A DNA stretch of 64,000 nt. Origin: Balanoglossus misakiensis (lineage: Eukaryota; Animalia; Hemichordata). How positions within the stretch are numbered: position 1 is the first letter of the stretch; every line of letters begins with the position of its first letter. Shown here in pieces: positions 54,740-64,000 of this stretch. A program made the position numbers and the translations under genes. The DNA lies in the NCBI GenBank assembly GCA_040954595.2, contig CM082589.2, forward strand, positions 3,424,213-3,488,212. Direction: 5' to 3'. Under the pieces are notes generated by a model that did no database searches, was not told the origin of the DNA, and was given only the letters and a program-made list of their open reading frames with translations.

Positions 54740-55230
54740 CCTACACAGCTTTATTTTTCAGCTATTGCAAGTAATTCATGGACAGTCTGTCTATGATAAA
54801 ATCACTACCGAGAAATCTTGGAAGGTCGTGGCCATTATATTTCGGCGAAATGAAGACGGCCACTTGTCGTTTCTGAGAAGGCCCCAATCATGGTGGCATA
54901 ATTTTTGCGACGTTCCTGACATGTCAGAACGAGGCTCTGGACTTGACCGTACGACACTTAATTTGCTTGCTGAATGCTATTGTTGAGTCGCTATCAATTG
55001 TATCAGAAGATGCCACCACGTGTGATATCTTCTTGTGGTGTTCCTCGATTGTCAACGATTATTCCTATTTGCACCTTGGATTCATCTCAAGATAGTACAT
55101 CCGTGTTTGCACCAAAAGGGGTCATTGCTCGCTCTACACCAACTACGCCATCAACCACTGTCTGTGAATCGCTGCTAAACCCAAGCTCTGTGGATCGAAT
55201 TATGCAGTTTTTCAAAGCAAAGAATCCTTT
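54740..55230 (-). pseudogene. Possible decayed Penelope-like (GIY-YIG) retroelement remnant
   Basis: Frameshifted fragments LKNCIIRS, HGC...PRCK, YGQ and HFAE..NGHDL/QDFSVVIL appear in the order expected for a Penelope linker and endonuclease. Heavily degraded; judged by eye only. Confidence 0.25.
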
Positions 55231-56554
55231 AACCCCCCCCCCCCCCAATACCTTTGATTTATTGGCCGCCAGGCCTATAGCTCGAGGTGTAAAACCCCAT
55301 GTGGCCTGGACTATTTCAGTTGATCTATCCAGGAACATTGACCCCTCAAATCAAAGAATTCAGGTTCTTGGCTACATCGTTAGATACACAATCAATCGTT
55401 GCCACACTCATTCCATTGTTGAGAGACCAATTCCATACCAAGCCAGTTCGGGACGTGATAAGATGATTACTTAGATTTCAGCTGTAGGATTTTGAGTTGA
55501 TTGTTTCCAAGTAAAACGTTTCTGTAAACCTCTCGATCCACGCCACCGTTTTTATTTCACACGATGGTGGTGAATTTCAACATTTGTAGTTAGATGCGGG
55601 TGAACCATAGACCTATACAGGTGAACTGGAATAAAACAGATTCGGCTTCTACCAGCGCGTGTCCGAACACGAACCAACAAACGAATTTGCTTCCCTACGC
55701 GATTATTAAATTCCTTCAAGGCACACAATGATTGAAGATAAAGAGCAAAACAATTATCAGACACGAGTTTAATTTCAAGGATGACCATAGAATCATCAGT
55801 GACTTTTAAAACCGAATGATAAGAAAACTTACTTGTTTTTGTTTTATTTTTGTGTTTTTTATCACTGTACGTTATTTTATTTATACAGCCAGAGATAAGA
55901 CACAAGGGTGACCTAACTCTCTAATGACATTCGAAATGCCAAAGGTGAAGCAGAGTACAATAGTCATTATACGCTGTCCTAATCTTATCTAATTATCACG
56001 CATGTCCACGGGAATCTCGATTCAAATGTTGGCGGAATTTCTTTGGACGCGTTCGCTGCGCTGATTGGCCGCCGAAGGTTGTAAGTAAACAGCGTGTACG
56101 AAGCTCCTCCCACGTATGATTGTCAACACCTTGGCATTTAAACATTGCGTTAGCTCCGCCCACCGGACTGTGCAAATCTGCCGGCCTACATAAGCCACGG
56201 ACTGCGGAGATTGGACTTCATTCTCTATCGAAACGTTCACCGTTGCATAGGGAATCATTGGCAAACCTGCTAACTCTACCGAGTGCTTTGAACCAGGTAT
56301 GCGGGGCTTTTTGTATTGCGACCAAATTTTCTGAACTGATGACGCGTCATTGCTGATGTGTGAATTTTCCACACACATCTATGAATTTGTATGAAAATGT
56401 CTTCGTCGAAAATTGCATGGGCTAAGACTTTCTGACTTGTCATGCTCTCTGATTATCATCGATTTGAAAAAGTCGACTTCGCTGGCAATCTTCTAACCCA
56501 AATCTTGCTTCCATTTACAGAACTTCGTTGCTTGGATTAAGATAACCACTGACA

Positions 56555-59500
56555 ATGGCCGAAAAGACAGGTAAGTTCTCTTTCAATGAATTGTAAAATT
56601 TGCAGCACCTCCAGGGTGGCAACCGGGCAACTCGGCCAGCTCAATGCCGGCGGCAGACTCGGCCAATCGACGTGGATGGTTCACTTGTGTCCCGGGTACC
56701 TCTGGTTGCGAAGTTCGGTTCCGTGAATTTTCATCAGCGCATCAAAGTACTCGGGCGACGTCAACTTGGCATGTTAGTCGTCGCGGCGAACTGTCGCTCT
56801 GCGTACTTTGATTCAAAATCACGCGTTCACACTTTCTTTTCTCCACAGACTATGAGTACATAGTGGTAGGCGCTGGCCCAGCCGGCGTTCAGATTGCCTA
56901 CTACATGGAGAAATACAAGATGGACTATCTTGTAGTGGAGAGAGCCGACGGACCGGGTTCCTTCTACCGTAAATACCCCCGTCACCGTAACCTCATCTCC
57001 CTCAACAAGAAGTACAACATCTTCCCGGAGGCCGAGTTCAACATGCGTCACGACTGGAACTCGTTGCTATGCGACGAAGAGGACCCTCTGCTGTTTACTA
57101 ACTACACGGATGAGCTCTTCCCAAATGCTGGTATTCTAGTCAAGTAAGTACCAGCTAGAATTATAACAGTAATAGCTGATGTTTTGCGACAATCACATGA
57201 AAGATGAGCTCTTCCCAAATGCTGGTATTCTAGTCAAGTAAGTGCCAGCTAGAATTATAACAGCAATAGCAGATGTTTTGCGACAATCACATGACAGATG
57301 AGCTCTTCCCAAATGCTGGTATTCTAGTCAAGTAAGTGCCAGCTAGAATTATAACAGCAATAGCAGATGTTTTGCGACAATCACATGACAGCTTAGAGAA
57401 AGTCAGCGCACTTCTCAACGACATACAGAACAGTTTCCCGAGGTCCCATTTCCAGTGTGCCGCGAACATGTAGTAGTTCTTCGCTGTGGCTCACGGTCAT
57501 TTTTCAAAGTAATGCACGTTAACTGTTTTCATTTCCAGGTACATGGAAGATTTCTGCAAGAAATACAAAACCAACATCCGTTACAACACCAACGTCACCA
57601 ACGTGCACCGAGACGAGAAGAACGACGGTCACAGATCCAGATCCAGGTTCACCGTGACCGACGACAAGGGCAACAAGTTCACCTGCCGAGTTCTGATGAT
57701 CGGCACCGGGCCCATTCTGCCGCACAACCCAGAGATTCCCGGCATTGAGCTCATCGACTCTTATCAGGAACATTCCTTGGACTTGGAGGAATACAAGAAC
57801 AAGAAAGTGTGCATACTCGGAGGTGGCAATAGCGCTTTTGAGGTGAGTTCAGTCATTATGGTTCGGTGCAGTTTCGTTGGTTAGAGCATAGACAGTGTGG
57901 TCAGGGCACCATGGACCCTGGTTAGAGCGCCGCTAGTGTCAGTCGGTGCCAAGAGCTTTTGTTTTTATTTTGGAAACAGTGCTGTGCAGTACGTGGGGAA
58001 AATAGGTTAAACCAAATGTATACAAATCAACCAAAACTGACTGAAATTTGAATCGCTATTTGCATTCCAGGTTGCTGATTATTTAGCAGGCAGCGCTGGA
58101 CTGATTCACCTGTTCAACAGGAACCCAGTCAAATTCGCCTGGGACACTCACTTCGTGGGTCATCTGAGAGCCGTCAACAACAACGTCCTCGACATGTACC
58201 ATCTGAAGTCCCTCCACGCCTTGCGTCAGTGCGAGGCCACCAGAGTCTGGAAGACCGAAGACGGCAAATTCAGCATCGAGTACGACATGCACCTGCCAAA
58301 CTGGGATCCACCAGGCACCGGTCGCTTCGTCACCAGCGGGTACGACAAGATCATCTCCTGCACTGGCTGGAAGTTCATCAACATTGGAATGTTCGACGAG
58401 TCGTGCAAACCAGGTAAATATGTCTAAACCTCCCGAATCATGCAATTACTTTCAGTTCGGCTTTGCTTATCATTGGGAACAGGTCACATGACGTTGCCAC
58501 TCATTTTTGGTCATTTTTATTTCAGAAACCCACACTGAAGGCAAATACCCGATCCTGGACGAACACTGGCAGTCCACTGTATCCGACATGTATATTATTG
58601 GAACAGCTATGCAGGCACGTGACAGACGAGCTGCCTCCGGCTTCATCCACGGTTTCCGCTACAACTGTCGCAGTCTCGCCAATATGTTGCGTAACACCTA
58701 TGATGGCCAGGGATTAAACAAGGTGGTGTTCAGCCCCATCAACCAGGAAGAAGTTTGCAACTGGATCATCAGTAAGTATTCTATTATATGAACACAGATT
58801 GGGTAACTGATTATTGTAAAGTTCAAATTGGCCGTGCAGCAACTTTTCGTTGATCAAGCGCCATAATGCGGCCTTCCATTATTCAAGTCGCCTATGCAAA
58901 TTTAGCTACGGTAACCATGTATTTTCAGTGGTTGGCAGACGCGAAACACATGCATACCCATGCGCCATCATGTGTTCTATATAACATGAAGATACGCCAC
59001 TTAAGCCATGTGGACATATGACAATGTAAATTGGAGGGGGTCGTATACCTTTAACTCAAGTGCGTCTAATTTTCCCGCAGAACACGTCAGCGTCGTCTCG
59101 GCCCTTTACCAAATGGGACAGGGTTATCTCTGTGACGTCATGCTCATCACACCCGAAGAAGACGGCCGAGGTGACAAACCCACTGCCGGCCGGGTCGAGT
59201 ACTTCCGAGAACTCCCACAAGCTTGGGTGAAGAAACAAGACTGGTTTATGGACGCCAAACTGGCAGTCATTGTGACAATTGAAGATACCATTAACAAGTA
59301 AGTTCACTTAAATTCGCTGGTGTCATTTTCTGAGCCATTTTGCGGACATGCCTGAAACTACAGTGGCAGGCGCACCACGCCCTCATACACCATAGAAAAA
59401 AAGAGGCGAGAGTGCCCAGTTTATTTGCGACTGTACCAGGACGGGATTTCACTCCACCAAAGTTTCGTCCAAGAGTCCAATGTTTTCTCAAACCATGATA

Positions 59501-60137
59501 AAAAAAAATGAACCCCCGAGTTTTGTATAATTGATCCAGTTTGGACTGAACGTCACTGACAATGTCTTATCTGATATTCTACTTTGACAGATATCCAAAG
59601 CTGAGCGCCACTGAATTCTTCACTCCTGGCGACGCCAACGTCTCCAACTGCAAATGCTCTCCATTCCCCCAAGGCGTCTTCAGAGTCTTCAAGACCGGTG
59701 AAATGGTGGAAGAACTCTACATTGGTGGCTCGCTGGTCGTGCGCGCGGACACCAGAAACTTCGACGGCGACAACAACCCAGAAAGATACGTCAACAAAGT
59801 CAAGAATCTGTTCCATCGCCATGTAAGTATTAACTCCTTGTAGTCAGCGAATTTGGCGGTGGCCGGTTATGACGAGAATAACAGAGTGCGCACAATGTTA
59901 CTCCCTGAAATTATACTTACAATGAACTCGTCGGCTTTATTCCAGACTGGAATCGGCAAAGATGGCTTCTACGAACAACTCTTCACACCAGAAATGTGGC
60001 CCAAGGTGTACCGTCCCTGGACGCAGGAAGAGATCGCCAAACAGACCGAGACGGAAATGAAGAAGATCAGCAAGGCCAATGAATTTGAATGCAGCATATC
60101 CATCCTGAGACCAAAGATTGACATCAGTGATATGTGA
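56555..60137 (+). CDS. FOXRED2: FAD-dependent oxidoreductase, FOXRED2-like, copy B (8 exons, ~614 aa, no signal peptide)
   Basis: Exons 56555-56570, 56849-57143, 57539-57842, 58071-58413, 58526-58771, 59081-59297, 59591-59822, 59946-60137; total 1845 nt. Same motifs and seven intron positions shared with copy A. Confidence 0.88.
57109..57390 (+). repeat. 3 x 94-bp tandem repeat covering the end of exon 2 and its splice donor in FOXRED2-like copy B
   Basis: Units start at 57109, 57203 and 57297 (gatgagctcttcccaaatgctggtattctagtcaagtaagt...); near-identical. Confidence 0.95.
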
Positions 60138-61163
60138 AGGAAACGGTTACTCTGACAACACACGGTTTATTTTTCACAGAAACCCTTCAAAGCCAAACAC
60201 TTGTTTGTATACGCCGCGCCTTTCCGATCACACTTCTAAATATATAATGTGTGAACATCGAAGTTGAAATTCCGCGTAGCTGAGGGTGGGGATTAAATTT
60301 TCATATTTGTGAACAAAAACTCTTTTCTTCACAGTACACGACTATAAGTTTGATTCATCAAATTAAATTATGTTCATGTCTTTGTTCTAGTGTGAAATGT
60401 TCTCAAAACAAAAAATACAATATAATACATTACAATACAGTACAGTACATGTATTGGTATATTCCTTCCCATCCTTATGAGAGTCTTTGAAATAAATACT
60501 TTATAAATATAATCACATTGTGTCAATCGTTTTCCTGTCTCAGGCATGTATTTAAATCTCGAGGACAACTTTAAAAAAGTGGTGGGGTGGGGGAGGGTCA
60601 GGTTTCAGAATGTCGGATAAGGGGGGTCTCATTTTAGAAGGGGATAGGGGGAGGGTCACATTTTTACAGTTCAGGTGTGCTCCGAATCCCCCCGGCCTGT
60701 AATTACTGAAGGCTCCCTAAGGCGATAAGTAATTGCGAGTTCAGGCACGGTCTTATGAATATGCAAGTCGAACTCATGAATAGGCCGATAGGGCACGTCT
60801 AATCCGTTGTACGTTCTAATGTGTACCAGTGTAAAGGAAACAATTTTATCGCCACTGCGTAGGAGGATGTTGTCATGGTGAGCTGTAGGCCTAAAGCGCA
60901 TAAATCTAATTCTGGGTGATGTTTGCGTTTGTGTGGGTAAGCTGCAATAGTTCTAGCAGAGGGTCGCGTTTTCGCTTTATGACTAAGCCCTCGGCCAGCT
61001 AATGAAAACAGGGGACCTACTGTTAAGTGAAGGAGATATTTTTAACACAATTGATGTTTATGCAAAGGGTCGCGGTGACCTTTCTGAGCCGTCTGCACCG
61101 CGCCAGACATTAACAGTAGCTGCTTATCACGTGATAATGGCGTTCGCGGAATAGACGTTATTA

Positions 61164-61752
61164 GAGAGGTTTAGTTACACGTAAATACGTTCGATCAGTA
61201 CGCGTAGCGTCATTGTCACGTGATAAGCAGAGGTCGCGTACGCGTAGAACAGACGTTCGGAACGGCAAGCGACGCTTCTACGCGTAATCATGATTACGTG
61301 TAACATTTTTTCGGAATTTCTCGATATTCTCTCTTTAATTTGAGCGATTGATCTCTGCAGTGCAATTGTGATGTAGCCAGCATCCATGTTATCTAAAAAA
61401 ATCTGCCATATGTGTTAAAACCGGCGCTATTTGGTGTTTTCAAAACATAAACACAAAAATGTATTCCCAAACTACGTTTTCAGTGGACGCCTCGACAAAG
61501 ACATCGAAAAACTTCACTAAACTATCTTTCCACTGCAGTCAAGAAACTTATTGCAAGGGTGGTGATCTTAGAGAATATTCATCACTCACAAAATTTATTG
61601 AAGTGATAAATATTTGAATTTTCTATTGTTTTTAAATATTTTTGTTATTCAAAACGGACAACTAAACCGCAAAATTCACGCGTCGCTACGCATACGCGAA
61701 CGCCACTGCCTGCCGTCAGACGTACGCGTATTTACGTGTAACTAAACCTCTC
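61164..61752. mobile_element. MITE with 26-bp perfect terminal inverted repeats, flanked by TA
   Basis: gagaggtttagttacacgtaaatacg ... cgtatttacgtgtaactaaacctctc, TA on both sides, subterminal tacgcgta motifs, no ORF. Confidence 0.8.
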
Positions 61753-61821
61753 TATTATGTATACAATCTAAACCCTGTAGAAAGCAAAGTAGGCTATTCA
61801 TTAAAAAAAACAGCACATAGG

Positions 61822-61962
61822 TATGAAAGCCCGTTAGGGACATTTCCTAAAGCAAATATTTTTTTTTATCTCGTGAGCACGAGATACTAAGTCGTGAGCA
61901 CGAGATACTAAGTCGTGAGCAGAAATATTTGCTTTACGAAATGTCCCTAACGGGCTTTCATA
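61822..61962. mobile_element. 141-bp MITE with 40-bp TIRs and 6-bp TSD (CATAGG), IS3EU-like termini TAT...ATA
   Basis: tatgaaagcccgttagggacatttc(c/g)taaagcaaatattt is inverted at both ends; CATAGG at 61816-61821 and 61963-61968; internal 21-bp unit tcgtgagcacgagatactaag repeated ~2.4 times. Confidence 0.85.
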
Positions 61963-62439
61963 CATAGGGGCTTATGTAAAAAAAAAATAACTCATTGTAA
62001 AATATGAGTGAAAATCTTGCATATGCATAGGGGTAGGCCTTCATGCTAACACATACCGCCAGGTAGCTCCAGATTAATGATGAAATGGATTACAGTAATT
62101 TTTGGCCACCCTGGAATCGAAGCATTTTTTTTTTCATGTTGTACTGCAAAGGATAACAATTTTGACTGGCAATTTCTAATCCTCTACAACCCTCCGGAGA
62201 TACCACATGACCCACCCCTTGAAGCTGCTAAACATGCATGACAGTTTGCCGATACGTGTTTATCTTTTTAGAGACGAATAGATCAAATGTGTATGTTAGT
62301 GGGGACACAGGGTGGGGTCTTTAGAAATCTGACATACATGTAAAAGCAATTTATCTAGGACGGGGAAGTCTACGTCTATGCACGGTCTATGTCGGAGCTG
62401 CGCGCATACTCATTCAAGAAAAGAGCGGATGTATGCTCT

Positions 62440-62603
62440 GGAAATAGCGTTACCAAGGCGACTATTCCAGTAAACACGAGCTGAGTCTTATTCTTCCATC
62501 ATACCCGGATACTGCTCGAGTCGAGTGTGTCATGTGTCGGCCTACTGAGAGTCAGTGTGAGGCCAGAGGGGCCATTTTCGACAGCTAAAGGGATAAGGAA
62601 GAG
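62440..62603 (+). other. Possible non-coding first exon of a downstream gene (start approximate)
   Basis: Donor GAG|GTAAGG at 62603/62604 after a CpG-richer promoter-like stretch (ctgcgcgcat at ~62398). No coding exon found within the window. Confidence 0.3.
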
Positions 62604-64000
62604 GTAAGGATTGCAATAACGTTTTTTCACAGTGTTTAAAATTAGATTTGCAATTTGCGTGCGTGTTTTTCCGGTGGATGGTTAATGATTTGATCGCTCA
62701 CGTCGTGTGATTGTGGTACCGCCCTGGGCCTTGTACTGATACTGCATGCTGTGAAGTTGTGAATAGAGGTGCGGTTATTTGCATATCAAAAGACAGGTTT
62801 GTCCACAAGTTTTTTGTGTCCCCCCTCTCTTTGCCACGTCACGAATTTACGTGAAACGTCATCAAATTGTGAACCGGTAAGCATGAACTTGAGAAAAGAA
62901 GATGGCGCTGCGTCGTGTGTTTCTACGTGAAGAGCGAAGGTGAAGACAGCGGATTTCATGTAAGGAGGTGTAAATCTACGTTTTTTTCGCATACAGTTCG
63001 TTAATTTGTGTTGTCCTTGTTAGCTGGGGGACCTAAACGTGTCTGTTAATTGTATCGCTTTTCTGAAATTGGGTCGTTGATTTTCACTAGTGTATGCAAA
63101 CTGTAAGACAAGGAAGTACACTGTACTGTAATATTAGAGACGTGACGTTATTTATCACGGTAACCATACAGATTGTCATGCGCCAGTGATTGTTTTTATT
63201 CGTGGACGTTTGTGTCGCCGTTATGTCAGGCAAGTGTGGAGAGTAAAACCTTGTTACTTGGAGCTGAACGCTGTAGCTCACCTGTACACTGTCAGTGCGA
63301 TTGTGTGACATGGTTGACGTACCGGCTGGGTGGGGCTTTGTTGTATCCATCAGAGTCCATGGTTGTATAAACAGAAAGGTCACCCAGTTTTTTTTTTTTA
63401 TTAAAGTGGAAATAACATTTTAAAAAATAAAACACCTGCGTTTACATGCTTGTGTAGGGTAGGCTGGGTATATCCATGGAGGTATCTAAACACAAAATTT
63501 GTTATAATTGGGATCAACACAACATGTGACCTTCCTTCTGGAGCATTCACTGTTATAAGCTTCAATAAATACAATTTCCCAAGTTTTTGTAACAAATGAA
63601 CAATTTGCTCATTTTTATGGTTGGTTATTTTATTGAAACCCATTCCACTCTGACATAAATAACTGATTTTACGCTAGATCCTCACAACTTCGGGGAATAG
63701 CATTATGAAATGTATTTGCAAGGGTATATCATATCCAATTCGATTTTCCTTTCATTTGCCACCTTTAACCATAATGAATAATATTGGTTTATTTGTCTGA
63801 ATGAATTGGGATTCAATAGTGTTTGCTTGTGACGTGAGTGGAATGTTGAAAGGGCTAGCCGGCTAGACTGTTTAAAGTTTTCCAAATGAAAGGCAGTGCG
63901 ACCTTGACTATACCTGTATATTCATTCAATGTATATGCGCTGGGAACGCACTTCTTTTGTAGTACCTGTAGGCTGTTATATTCACTGAGTGAGTGGTGCA

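Noticed and set aside
54648-55905. ORFs of 112, 166, 83 and 117 aa between the FOXRED2-like genes
   Set aside because: No coherent protein or splice structure; at best decayed retroelement sequence.
57109-57390. CRISPR-like appearance of regularly spaced repeats (also at 48637 and 61871)
   Set aside because: Whole units repeat with no unique spacers, there are no cas genes, and the context is eukaryotic.
49964-60137. Idea that the FOXRED2-like enzymes are flavin-dependent halogenases
   Set aside because: No halogenase-specific motif could be identified by eye; the substrate remains unknown.
60577-60720. G-rich stretch resembling a G-quadruplex or terminator
   Set aside because: Ends in taattactgaaggctccctaa and looks like a fragment of a dispersed repeat end; no independent evidence of function.

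Overview
Intron-rich, AT-rich animal genomic DNA, probably from a marine invertebrate (inferred from gene structure and repeat style); no prokaryotic features. By reading GT/AG splice junctions I reconstruct six protein-coding genes. On the minus strand: a 3-exon stathmin-domain (STMND1-like) gene, a single-exon type II membrane ENPP phosphodiesterase with a Ser at the nucleophile position, and an 18-exon NOL10. On the plus strand: an RZ-family RGS gene (RGS17/19/20-like) spanning about 33 kb, with several candidate alternative phase-0 first exons. At the right: a head-to-head pair of FOXRED2-like flavoproteins lacking signal peptides. The window also holds a solo-LTR-like element plus a truncated copy, several MITEs, hairpins, and mini/microsatellites. 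The most interesting points are the apparently cytosolic FOXRED2-like pair (68-bp identical tract, an intron difference, a triplicated splice donor), the ENPP exon that could splice in frame onto NOL10, and the RGS N-terminal exon array. Homology calls come from remembered family motifs, not database searches.
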